Source of the DNA: Raillietiella orientalis
Taxonomy: Eukaryota
Length of the DNA stretch: 64,000 nucleotides
NCBI GenBank assembly: GCA_036172245.1
Contig: JAYWIR010000005.1
Coordinates: 3,534,001-3,598,000 of the forward strand
Direction of reading: 5' to 3'
Below, one piece after another: positions 33,501 through 45,206 of this stretch. The notes under the pieces were generated by a model, which was given only the letters and a program-made list of their open reading frames with translations, searched no databases and had not been told where the DNA came from. Each line of letters starts with the position of its first letter. The stretch's first letter is position 1. A program made the translations under genes and the position numbers.

Positions 33501-34052
33501 GCTTGCTGTTCGCCAGACCAGTCCGAACTCGTCGGATAGCCGTCGATACGCCGTCCTTCCTCTGGCGTCTTCTGAATGTATGATCTCATCCAAGATGTTG
33601 AGATCGCCAGCAACAATCACGACGTCCTTAGGGGTGACCTTTTGCCGGAGTGCTGCATGCAGCGCCTCCGCACAACGATGTTTTAGCCTGTGCGGCTCGT
33701 ACACGTTCACCAGGATAAGGTGAACAGTTGCGGACCAGGCCAGTCGCACGCCGATGATTCGTCCGGGTTGGGGACAGAACACTTCCAGAATAGTGGGGGC
33801 TAAGTGGTTCTTTATTAGCACCGCCACACCCTTCGTGTTCCGTTCTCCTTCGTTGACGAACATCTGCCCGTTGAATCGCCGTTCTATTCGCTGGCTTATC
33901 TCGAGACCCATCCTGGGGGTCTCCTGCAGGCACACGATGTCTTGTTGTGCGATGGTCCGCACAATCCTTCTTCTTTTTCCCTGGTCGACCACAGTGTTTA
34001 CGTTCCAGGAGGCGATGTTCAGCCTCCTGGCGGTCGATAGGGAAGAGGTCAT
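30535..34052 (-). pseudogene. J ORF2 (APE + RT + Cys/His finger), with frameshifts near 33400 and 31810 and further stops
   Basis: Consecutive ORF-track segments 33390..34157, 31813..33405, 31330..31791, 30964..31236 and 30535..30963. Confidence 0.88.
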
Positions 34053-34065
34053 AAAAGGGGAAGAC

Positions 34066-35826
34066 CTATTTCTTGGCCTTCCTGAGCTTCTTCTGTCTGG
34101 GAGAGCGTGCTCTTCCAGACGTCGAAGAAGCAGCGGGCTTCTCGCTGCCGGCGTCACTCTCCGTACCTGTGAGGTCGGTAATTTCTGCCTCCTCCGTAGA
34201 GTGTTCCGCCCGCGCGATCAATTTTCGAGATAGCGCCTCTATCTCGACCTTTGCGCAGAAGTTCGCCTTCACGTCGAGAAGCTGTTCCTCTAACTTCTCG
34301 CGTTCAGCGACCTCCACAACCTGGTTGATGTTCTCTTGTGCAGTGCAGATCTTCTGCAAGATTTTCTCTTGCTGAGGACCGCTCTCCACCTCCATGATCT
34401 CCTTCGCCAGTGTTGCAAACTCCTCCGTGGTCTGCAGAGCCTCCTGCGACACTTTAGTGGCTTCCTGTCTCTCTTCCTTCGCGCCTTCCTGCGCTGCTGC
34501 TTCCAGAATTTGAGGAGTTCCTTGCTCCTTGACGAGCATCCTCCTCTTTCCCTTCTTTCCCACTTCTATGAAGCCGTCCGCCGACACCGGGACGGCTTCT
34601 TTCACCTTTTTCGGCCTTCCTGCCTTCTGAGGCTGTTCGGCCTCCTTGATGTTTCTTTCTCTCACGGGAGAGAGACCTCGAATCCTTCTGCAGTTTTCAA
34701 ACTCCGGACAGCTCCATTTCGCATGTCCGTGTTTCTTGCAGAAGGAGCACACCTCTGGCTGCGGGCAGTTTCGGACTTGATGTCCTACTTTGCCGCAGCG
34801 AAAGCAGCGGCAAGTTAGGCAAGCGCCGGCCCTGTGGCCGAACTGCTTGCACCCGGTGCAGAATACCGGTTGTTGCCGGTAACGCACATTCACTCCCTGG
34901 GATTGTTCGTCAATAACGGCCAATCCAGGGATCACCGCTCCCTCCCTCAACTTCATCTTGGCGATCATGTCGCCAGAAAATATGTTTCCAGAGAAGTTCT
35001 GGAAATCAAGGTCCAGAACTTCCCCAAACTGCTTAAAGTAATTCCACACCGCTAGTTGCGGTGTGAGGATGGAGATGCCGTTTAAAAAGACGGTTGTGTA
35101 TGGCATCTCGCCAATACCACAAACCATCCGTCCTTGTATATTGATCCCCTTCTGGATCAATCGCTCTCTAATGTTTTCACAGTCTGTAAAGACTGTGAAC
35201 CCGTTGTTCGATGGAATGATCGCCTGAATGCGATCAAAGTCTATGTCCGTCTTGTCGAATGACAAATAGACCTCCCTGATGTTATTAAATTTTATTAGCC
35301 CGGTCTTGAAGATAATGGGCTTCACGTTATGGCCTATTTCGACTATTGGTCGGTCCACTTTTAGAACTTTTCCGCTAAGCGGCTTACCAAATTTCCTAGG
35401 TGGGTGGACACTCGCCTGTGCAGCCGCCACCGACGCATAAGAAAAGGGCTGCGACGCCGCAGCCGAACAAGATGGCGTCGCTTCCTGCTCCGCGTGGACG
35501 CCCGCGGGTCCCGCCTGGGACGCCGCCGCCGCGGGCGCAAACCTCGACGTTGCCGCCGTTACCGCCGCGGGCGGCACCCTCGGCATCGCCGCCGCAGGCG
35601 CGACCTTCCCCGCCGCGGGCACGATCCTCGGCGTCGCCGCCGCGGGCACGACCTCCGCCGTCGTCGCCGCGGGCACGACCCTTGGCATCGCCGCCGCCGG
35701 CGCAGCAAAGCCCGCCGCGGGCGCGATCCTTGGCATGCCTGCCACCGCCTCGCCGTTGCCGCACGTTACCTCCATGGCTTCCATGGGGGACGACGGTCTC
35801 TCCACTCCTCCTCCATGTGCCTGCAT
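34066..35826 (-). CDS. J ORF1, intact gag-like protein with three CCHC knuckles
   Basis: CTGCKQFGHRAGAC, CFRCGKVGHQVRNC, CSFCKKHGHAKWSC; first ATG inside the element is at 35826. Confidence 0.85.
   Translation of the reverse strand: MQAHGGGVERPSSPMEAMEVTCGNGEAVAGMPRIAPAAGFAAPAAAMPRVVPAATTAEVVPAAATPRIVPAAGKVAPAAAMPRVPPAAVTAATSRFAPAAAASQAGPAGVHAEQEATPSCSAAASQPFSYASVAAAQASVHPPRKFGKPLSGKVLKVDRPIVEIGHNVKPIIFKTGLIKFNNIREVYLSFDKTDIDFDRIQAIIPSNNGFTVFTDCENIRERLIQKGINIQGRMVCGIGEMPYTTVFLNGISILTPQLAVWNYFKQFGEVLDLDFQNFSGNIFSGDMIAKMKLREGAVIPGLAVIDEQSQGVNVRYRQQPVFCTGCKQFGHRAGACLTCRCFRCGKVGHQVRNCPQPEVCSFCKKHGHAKWSCPEFENCRRIRGLSPVRERNIKEAEQPQKAGRPKKVKEAVPVSADGFIEVGKKGKRRMLVKEQGTPQILEAAAQEGAKEERQEATKVSQEALQTTEEFATLAKEIMEVESGPQQEKILQKICTAQENINQVVEVAEREKLEEQLLDVKANFCAKVEIEALSRKLIARAEHSTEEAEITDLTGTESDAGSEKPAASSTSGRARSPRQKKLRKAKK
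35500..35745 (-). repeat. GC-rich coding minisatellite in J ORF1 (PAAA/PRxxPAA units)
   Basis: Repeated CGCCGCGGGC(A/G)CGA units. Confidence 0.85.
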
Positions 35827-35895
35827 CCTGGCAGCCGCTTCTTTGAGGCCCTCTTCGCGGAAGGCGAGGAGCAGGAGCAGCGTGGTTTGAATAAT

Positions 35896-37030
35896 ATCCG
35901 AGGAAGCTCTAGGGGAATCAGCCACCTATCAGGAACAGGTCTATAAGCCGAGCCTCAAATATGAGGTAAGCTGCGTATTGCAAGGGAATATCTCGCGTGC
36001 GATCGCGAGGGAATTCCGGAGACTTTACGTGAAGGAGGAAGACCTTGAAGAAATGGCATTTCTGAGTGAGAGTCGCCGCATCGAGCTGATCTGTCAAGAA
36101 GCAAGCCTGGTCTGGCTCGGAGCTTGTTAAGGACCCGATCGTGATCAACAGTCGCAAGGTCTTACCCTCTTTACAAGATCAGTCAATGGTGTTGCACGTA
36201 AAGGGATTCACCCTTCAAATGAAAATAGAGACAGTGCACGAGAAATCGCAGGAATTGGGCACCCTATACGCGTTATTAACCAAGCCGAACGCACTGGAAC
36301 AGTTCGGTTGGCTCTTCAGCGAGCTGGCAACCGCGCGCATCACGGGTGGGGAAAATAAATAGCTTCCCCACAAAATCAAGTTCGAAAGCGAGTCGGTGGA
36401 TGTCTGGTGCATGGGAAGCCCAAATACTGCGGGCATTGCGAAACTCCGGGACATCTGGTGATACGGAGCGGGGAAAGCGAATGCTGCGTTTGCAGAGAAA
36501 ACGGTCCCATGCAAATTGCATGTTCCACGAGGAAAACACCAGTACCCGCATCTGCTCGAGAAGCACAAGGCGAAACACGCCTGAAAACTGAAAAACAAAC
36601 CCAGTATGAAAAAAGTATAAAGGCGAATGCCGGATCCTCAAACCAGCAGGCAAACGCTTCCAAAGGGAGAGACGTACCGACGGAACTGGTGCGAGTGAGC
36701 GACGGCAATTGGTGAGGACTATAGAAATTCCAAAAAAGGCTCCGAGAAAGGGCAAAAAGGCGTCGCGTCAAAGAAAGGCTCCGCGAAAATCTCCATCAAC
36801 GATTGGTGGCCTTAGTGTGTAGAGACAACCGATGTACCACCGAGGCAGAGATTGCCCACTTCTATCCGACGATGCCGCGACGATCGCACGCAAATCTTCT
36901 GAGGAAACAGAGGGAGCCGCGAGATGCGCTGGATGAGATGGAGGAGGCCACATTCCAGCAGTCGTCGGAAGAACTCAAGGCCGAACTGCACGGCCAAGAG
37001 AGCGACATACGAAAGGTTTTGCAAATATCC
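35896..37030 (+). mobile_element. Old degenerate ORF1 remnant (K)
   Basis: YKPSLKYEV...GKPKYCGHCETPGH...EATFQQSSEELKAEL, with many frameshifts. Confidence 0.75.
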
Positions 37031-37039
37031 CTCCCCTTT

Positions 37040-38530
37040 CGATGGAGGAAATAATTTTCCGGGTAGTCTTGGTCATGCGGTAGGGCTTCAGGAAGGAGAC
37101 TGGGATCCCGCAGACTTTATATTCCACCTCCGCGTCGGAGTCGGAAACTTCCGACTTCTTTAACGAGGTCGGACGCCTTGAGGCTTTTTCGCGGCCAAGG
37201 GGGATCGTTGCAATGACGCAGCGTGCTCATTTGCCGCTCGCTTAAAATAGACTTCATAAAGTATGTGCGCGATGACGGACGCTACCGCCGGGTTTATACC
37301 TCCGTGATCATACAACCCGAGGGCTGAGAGTGGGCAGCGAAGAGTTTATCTTTGACGCTCTGTTCGACCGCAGAAATTCGTTCGATGACCACGGAGCATG
37401 GTTTGGTTTTTCGCGTTGCAGCAAATCCTCGCTGTCTCGCGATATGCTTTTACTTTCTTTCCTTTCAGTTTTTTAGCCACTTGTACTGAACTACCTATCT
37501 CCCAGGCTCCTCTTCCTTCTCTTCAACCTCATCACTGTTTAACTATATGGTCTCAGAGCTGACCTCTACACTGAGAGTGGAATTTTCGTTTTAAGCGGAA
37601 TCTCGTGCTGCTACAATTCTTAATCTCTTTGCCTCGTGCTTCTTCCCATGCCGTGCGGATGCGACGAGAACTAGATTTTGCGTGCACATCGGACGAGTGT
37701 GCCCGGGGTGATAGCAATGCTTGCAATGCACGTGGGTACACCTTCTTTCAGGTGTTCCGAAGTGCTGCAATTCCCGCAGTAATGTGGCTTGCCAACATAC
37801 CAAATGTCAAAGGACTCGCCGTAGACCTCATGCTTCTTACTTATGGAACAGCGATCGCAGGCCGTTATCGGGGTGGCAGCCAGTCCGCATAAGAACCGGC
37901 TGTATTCCAAAAATGGAGTGGGCTTTTGCACAACGCGTGGATGGTGCCAAATTTTAAAATTGTTTTCGGACAATCTCTTTCACCATCCGAAAGTTTATAC
38001 GTATGAGGTAGATCACGACGGAACTATCCTTCGTAATAAGGCGAAACCGGCGATTTCCGAATAGAACTGGTATCCGAAACAGACGCTGGGCAAGAATTCC
38101 TTCCTTGCAAATCACTCCACGTACGGTTCAGAGTTCCTGATGGACATTGCAAGCAGCAGCTTCTCTGGAACTTTCAGAAAGTGCATCGTTTTGGAGAAAA
38201 TGCGCGCAATCTACGGGGTATATAGATTGCCTACCTTGTAGACCAGCAAGGGAATGTATTCTTCCAGGTGGACGCTCAAATCAGCCACAGCCGCTAGCGA
38301 TGACGACGCAGCCACGGAACTCCAGCTTTTCGCTAAAGCGAGTGAAGCTTCTGTGGGGCAGTTGCCCCACATCCATTTATTCTGAGGGAGACTTAGGCGT
38401 CACACGCATGGTGTAACTAGTGGTGACCTCAGGCATTGCTGCCAAGCCACCACCGAATCCATAGGGGCACCAGAAAAGGAAAAAAAGCATAACAAGCGCA
38501 CGAACAAAGTAAACACACGCGCGCTCACGT
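37040..38530 (-). mobile_element. Old degenerate ORF1 remnant (L)
   Basis: DIWYVGKPHYCGNCSTSEHL and CKHCYHPGHTRPMC. Confidence 0.7.
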
Positions 38531-38534
38531 TCGC

Positions 38535-41240
38535 TTCTCATTCGGTTTCGCGGGTTATTCTTTTGAATAAAAGGAGAACCAGTGGCTTTACTGGTGGTCC
38601 ATCCACGCACAAGTAAACAGCACTAAGCCTACCGCGTCACCGGTTCGCACTCCAGTAGGTTCCACCACGGTAAAAGAGAGGGCTGGCAAAAACAAAATGA
38701 TATAAGAAAACATAAAAAAAAACATGAAACCTACTTCTGGAGGACACGGGAACGGATTACAGTCTCTGTGGGGCCTTTACATCCCCTCTAGAATGACAGC
38801 AAGCTGCTCTTTGATTAGGCTAACCAAATGTGTCCATCTTGTCGCCGTGCTCATGAATTCGGCTCTGCATTGGACGACAAGGTTATCGCGTTGTTCTGCC
38901 GTTGCCTTGCTCCAAGCAGCGACGATACCTCGAAAGCAGCACATAGCTGCTAACAAGGTCGCAGGCCGAAGGGCGTTGCAAATGAAGAGGAACCTAACTG
39001 CGTCTCTGGGATTGCCACAGTGGATTGCGATTGACGCGGAGGAGCGGTTCCAAAGGGGCCGAAGCGCAACGCAATCCATAAGGAGGGAAACCCGTTCTCC
39101 ACACCTCACACAATAAGAGTTCACCGCTCCCCAGATTCAGTGGTGCCAGCAGGAGATGCAAGGGAGTCCCCAAAGCAGCAACAGTAATGCCGACCCCTGC
39201 TATTCTAATGGGAGGGTGGGAGTGGTTCATCAGCACAAGGGACCACTTCAGTTGCTCCGGCGAAACTTCCAGCAGCTCGCTGCAGCTCAAAAGTCCAATA
39301 GTAGTGGTAATCCGGGCCTCAGTATCACATAGAAAACCCGTTTTCCTTTTCTTGATCTGTTTCTCCGTGCCGAAGACTTGAGCGACCACTTTCCATCACG
39401 CCGTAGTGTTGCTGTAAAGATGATGCAAGTGGGAAGACAATATTGCAGCGAGGAGGGTTTTCCTTGCCCATGCTTGTTTTTTGGGGATCTCCAGGTTCTC
39501 CCGTAACGTTAAGTGGTCGTTACGTGCAAACAATTGCCTGCGATCTATTTATGTGCGTTGTTCGTTGCTCTTCGCCCAAATGTAAACAGTTTTCTGCAGT
39601 CATGCAGATCCATTAACGGGGCGAGAGAAGAGCCATCCCGCGATCATTCTCATCAATTCGGCCATTCTCCAAAGCTGCAAAGCGCAGTGGGCGACTTGGC
39701 AGCGACGATAGAGCCTAAGGTAGGATGACAGTTCCACCTTGCCGGTGGCCTGTTTGACGAGGAGACGTGCCAGCTCGCAAGAGATGTTGCTATAATACTT
39801 CGTCACTAGTGCGAGTAATGGGAACTGTAGCTGGCTCTCCAGCCGCTTCATCGTCCGGAGGCCGAGAACGCCCTCTCTATGCGGAGCACTCAAGTGTACA
39901 ATCTGAACTCGGACCATACTCCTACCCCACTGGGCAATTTAGAGGAAGTCCTTCGTCCGCATTTTTCTCTCTGTAGTGGAAGAACAAAGAAAAGGTAGGC
40001 AACTCAAAAGAAGGACCGCCAACGCGTTCAACACCGCGGCCCTTTCCGGCAGGAAAAACCTGCGGCCTTGGAACGGGTCGATTGCCTTCTCTACCTCCTG
40101 AAGGTATCTGGAAAACGCATCCGAAGAGAGATAATTCCCCATCGGTACAACAAAGTACTTGAAGATCCGAACAGTGGTGATCCCCAAACGGACCCAGTCC
40201 TGTTGCAATGCCACGTCACACCAACTGGCATCAAGGATAACTTTGCCCGTTCAACATAAGCCCAGTTCCCAGACTCAGAAGGTCGAAGCAATCCTCGATC
40301 GCTGATGCTAAGTTGAACATAGGGATCAGTAACAGTAGGTAGTCCGCGAATGCTGACATCGCAGGCGAACCGCCATAGTTGAGGAAGGTACCCCAAAGTT
40401 TCTCTGTTCGCTCACCGTACCAATTCAATGTAGGTTCTGAACAGCAAGGGGCTTAGGCTGTCTCACTGCCGTATCCCACGCCGCACCGGCACGCCGTGCG
40501 CAGTCTGCCCGCTGAAAGAAAGGTTCATCAACGCGTCGCGCCAGCTGGAGCGCAGATAGGCCACTAACGAAGACGGGAAGCCCAAGCGTTCCAGGAGTTC
40601 CAGCAAGAGATTCTGGTCGACGCTGTCTAATGCTTTGCGCAAGTCGAGAGGGACCGCAGAAGATCCTTCCCCCACCCGACCATCATAACTCCAAGCGACG
40701 GACGCACCGGAATACCGGTTACTCAATAAGCCCATTCCTTGTTGGAGCTCTAACCAGGTGGAAGCGTGGATCAGGTTCGCCTTCCATGCTTAGCTAGGGA
40801 AGAGCATATGTCTGTTCCGAGCTGATGAAGGCGTTTGCAACGCGTAACAAGCGTTCAGCTTAAACCTTAGCTCTCACCTTAGCATCCGGATTCACTATTG
40901 TGATGGGATGCCAGTTTCACATGCTCCTCTGATCTCGTTCCTTCGGGAGCCGCAACTTAGCCAAGAAAAACGAAGCGGGAACGTCACCTGTCTCGCGTAT
41001 CAGGAAGGTGAGATGATGTACCAGGGGTGTAAGCTCAGTAACGAAAGTTTGATAAAACTCCTCGGACAGGCCGTCCTCTTATGGAGCCTTGCTCCTGTTG
41101 AGCTTCCCAATGGCCGAGATGATCCCGCCCATCGTGAAAGGCTCGTCGAAGGACTTCTTGTCCTCCTCCATGATAGCTGGAGCGCATTTCAAAATAAGAG
41201 TTGTGAGATATCCCTCTAGGGAGATGCTGCCGCGTGCGGG
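38535..41240 (-). mobile_element. Old degenerate A-like ORF2 3' half with a decayed 3'UTR (O)
   Basis: DLRKALDSVDQNLLLELL, VRRGIRQ, FADYLLL, CVRCGER; decayed terminus ...CCGAATGAGAA. Confidence 0.8.
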
Positions 41241-41242
41241 AG

Positions 41243-41465
41243 GCGTGCAAACGTGTTGTCTTTGCGCTTTTGCCGCACCAGTTTGCGAAGCTTTTCTTTA
41301 GTGTTCTTTTGAGTGGTGAATCGCCGTTATTTCATGGCAGGACTGCCTGAGGACGCCACGGTGGATATTGGAGGAGAAGAGGATTGTTGCGCTCCTTAAT
41401 ACACGCAGGTAGGGGAAACTGCACCAAGAAGGAGAGAACAAACGCTCCCTTTTCCAAGGACACTA
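41243..41465 (+). mobile_element. Degenerate 5' end and ORF1 start of a B-like element (P)
   Basis: TGCAAACGTGTT (decayed 5' motif); MAGLPEDATVDIG resembles B1 MAEMPEETAMDIG. Confidence 0.55.
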
Positions 41466-41536
41466 ATGAAGACGGGAAGCCCAAGCGTTCAGGAAGCTCC
41501 AGCACGAGATTTTTGTTGACGCTGTCGAACGCCTTG
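41466..41536 (-). mobile_element. Short O-like RT fragment that is the A3 target
   Basis: KAFDSVNKNLVLELPERLGFPSS; similar to 40565-40640. Confidence 0.75.
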
Positions 41537-44500
41537 CGTGCCCCAGGGTGGACGTGTTTTCTCGGTGCTCCTCGTGCCAGGAAGTCTCCCCTAGTGCTAG
41601 CGTCGTGTGATTCGGTGGTCGATCAGGCAGCGATGCTTGACGCGACCACCAGGGATGGCCAGGGGGCAGCGGCAACGTCGTCCCCAGAGGCGATGGAGGT
41701 GGAAGCATCCGCCCCCACAGAATCGGTCCCCGCTGCAGCGAGGGCGTGCAGCGCCGTTGTGTCGGCGCCATCGCCTGCAGCCGCGGCGGAATTGTCTATC
41801 TATGTAGAGGAGGGGTACAAACCCTCATTGTTCTACAAGGTAGGCAATTTATATTCTTTAGAGAGCGCGTGCGCCTTCTCGAAGGGCATGCGAGCGCTCG
41901 ATGTGAAAGACAAGGAGCTCAGCGCTATGACCACCCACAGAGGGGGTCAGTACGTTGAGGTCATCTGCAAACAAGCAGAGCTGGCCCAACGACTGCTTAA
42001 AACCCCCGTGGTGATGGAAAAGCGCAGGCTCCTCCCTATTACGGCGGACCGCAGCATGATGGTCCACCTGTTAGGTGTCACCGCGCGGATGCGCAAGGAA
42101 CAGCTTCGCGCCTCGCTAGAACAATTTGGAACGGTCCACGCGCAGTGGACGAAAGTTAGTCCTTTCGAGGACTACACGGGGCTGCAACACAGCCTCACGG
42201 CTGCGCGCTTGACCGTTCGGGAGGGCTGCACTCTTCCCCACAAACAGGTGGTCGAAGACGAAACCGTCGACCTCTGGTATGTGGGGAAGCCGAAATACTG
42301 CGGCTTCTGCAATACGTCGGGCCACCTCAAAAAGAGGTGTCCCAACGTGCAGTGTCAAGTATGCGGCACAATGGGTCACACCAGGGAGGTGTGCCCAAAA
42401 GCAGCAGTGCGGGTGGTTTCCAAGAGAAACCTTAAAAAACGCGCCCGGCTTCTGCAGAAAAGGCTGGCGGCGAAAGCTGCCGCGAAGGCTGTGCCACCCG
42501 CGCCCAAGACCCAGGCCGCACCCGAGACCCCGGCGACCAACGCCAAAAAAGTTGAGGGAGCCGGCCAGGAGACTGGGTGGCAAGTGGCAACGGCCAAAAA
42601 ATCAAAGAACGAGAGGAGGATGGAAAAGAAAATCGCCTACCAACAGAAGAAGAAAGAGCAGGGTAGCGCGATAATTAAAGAGTGGAGCGTCGTTGTCGAA
42701 CGCGTTCTCGATGTTGCCGAACGCTGCCGGAAAGAACTCGCTGCTACCGACGACCTCCCCTCTGTTGACACTGTCAGCAGCGAGGGGAGCGAGCCGGCGG
42801 CGGCGTCCGTCATCGACACCACCATCGATGACGTAGCCTTCGCGCGAGCCGCGGAGGAGCTGGCAGCCTCGTTGCAGCCAGAACCCTCCAAGGCCAGTAG
42901 GAGGACGTGTTTTTCCTTCACTCCCCAAAGAGTAGTAGGAAAGCGCTTTTTCTTCTGTGTGGTGTTTTGTGTACATCGTCGGTGTCCAATGGCCACGACG
43001 CCAGAGGACACCGCGATGGAGCTGGGAGTGGGGGAGGCTAGTTCGCCCCCACAGCCTACTGGAGCAGGGGCAGCCGCCCCGGAATCATCCCCGGCCACGC
43101 CGAGGACATGGAGCGCCATGGTGGCCGCGCCCAGCGCAGAAGCCATGACGGAGATGGCCGCATACAAGGCCTACGGGTACAAGCCTTCGCTTGTGTACCA
43201 GGTAGGCAACTTGTTCGACGGCCGGACAGCGCGCGCCTTCAGCAAAGCGTTGAAGGACGCGAATGTCACAGAGAAGGATCTGGACGGCCTCTCCGTCCTC
43301 AGCGGCGGGAAGCGGGTCGAGGTGGTCTGCGAAGATGTCACCTTGGCTCACCGCCTTATCCATGCGCCGCTGAACGTAGACGGCCGCAAGATCCTGCCAG
43401 TATCTATGGACCGCTCCGTGGTGGTCCACATGACTGGCATCACCAGCCGCATGACGCGGTCAGCGGTTGGTGAGGAATTACAAAAATACGGTGAGGTGCA
43501 CGCACTGTGGCCGAAACCCTCCATTTTCGACGGCTTCGATAGCCTTTTTGGTGGGCAGTCTGCAGCGCGGGTCACCGTACGGGAGAATTGTGGGCTTCCC
43601 CACAAACTACAGGTGGCGCAAGAAAACGTCGACCTGTGGTATGTAGGGAAGCCCCGGTATTGCGGGCATTGTGATACCGTGGGACACCTACGTAAAAGGT
43701 GTCCCAAAATACAATGCCATTTGTGCGGGGAGCGGGGCCACGTTCGGCGCGTGTGTCCCAAACGCCCCACCCCGGTTCCCCCTGCCGCGAAAAAAGCGCA
43801 GGGGAAACGTGCTTCAAAGGTCTCTAGACCTAAAGTAGAAAAGGGCCAGCACAAGCTGCCAACACCTCAACCTCCGGCGCGTAAGCCGGAGGATAAACCT
43901 TCTGAAACAGTGGAAGGCGAAGAGGGATGGCAGCTTGTAGAGGCCAGAAAACCGAGGAAACTCCCACCCGCGGAGAGCAAAGAGCGCAAGACGGCCGGTA
44001 AGCCGAAAAAACCCGGTCCGCGCTCGAAAACTTTGCGCGAGTGCACGGTGGCACTGGAACGAATCGTCGTTCCCGAGATTGCCACCCGGAGCGTCGATCA
44101 TCCCCTTGCCGTTTCCGCTGCGCCCGAGGCTCGCGACGGCGAACCCTCTGTTTACACAGAGGGTGAGCCGCGCGACATAGCGGCGGTCGAAGCCGCGGAC
44201 GCCGCGTTCGCGCAGGCGGAGGAGGAGCTCGCGGTCACGCTGGCCGAGCGTGAGAACCCCTCGCGCAAGGCCGTGCGAAGGCCGGCTCCGGCGAGGAAGG
44301 CCCCCAAAGGTGAGTTAGACCTGGGGGCCGGAAGCACATCCTCCTCCTCGGAGGCACCCCCAGGAAGTCGGGACGCAAGTCCCAGAAGCCCAGGAGGCGC
44401 CTCCCCTCCACCAGCGAGGAGGAGAAGACGGAAGCCGTCGCCAGCGTGGGAAATTCGGAGGAGGAATTCCCACGCTCGGAAGCCGTCGATGCGGCCACCC

Positions 44501-45206
44501 CCATGGAGGAGGGTGAACAGGGGGTGAAGTCCCCCCTGCAGGCGCCGACCCTGAACAGCCCGCCCCCATGGAGGAGGGCGAACAGGTAGGCGCGACTCCA
44601 CCTGCGGGTGATCCGGCCGACGCGCCGGCACCGATGGAGGAGGGGGACCAGGTGCCTTCAGCACCTGACCCCCCTGCTCCACCTAGCGTCCCGCCCCAGC
44701 AGGTGGCGGACGCCACACTGCCATCTTCCCAGGAGTAACACCTGGGCTCGCCAGTCGCCGTCGGATTCGCGCGGCCTGTTGGAATGTCAACGGGCTGCGC
44801 GACGACGGTAACAGGCGAGATACAGCCGACACCCTGCGGGAGTTCGACCTGGCCCTATTGCAGGAGATCCACGTGATCACCGCGGCAGACGTCCAGGAGA
44901 TCGACACGATCGCGGGGGGTCGGCTGTACTGGCAATGCGGCATCCGCAACACCTGCGGGGTCGCGTTCTTCGTGAAGCCGGCCATCGACGCTGCCGTGAA
45001 GGGCGTGCGCTTCGATGACGACGGTCGGGTCGGTCAGCTTACTCTCGGCTGGTCGGACTCGATCGATCTGATCGTCACGAATGTGTACGCCCCAACCGGT
45101 CAAAAGGGATACAGCAACCGTACCAGGCTGCTTGAATCCTTGAAGCGCGACTGGCTGGCGAACACGAGCGTGCGGAAGGCTCACCTGATAGCGGGAGATT
45201 TCAATC

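Larger units (their letters stand above)
30399..35895 (-). mobile_element. Divergent near-full-length L1-clade element J
   Basis: ORF1 with three CCHC knuckles; ORF2 with SWNV, LQET, GDLN, SDH, WRPISILNSDAK, DMEKAFD, RQGDSLSP, YADD, CAAC..H...C; AATAAA near the 3' end. Confidence 0.9.

Noticed and set aside
41384..44527. 1047-aa ORF with two gag-like halves as a novel protein
   Set aside because: It is an in-frame join of A3 ORF1 to the inserted F2 5'UTR and ORF1. The equivalent F1 junction has a stop, and the N-terminus is antisense RT sequence
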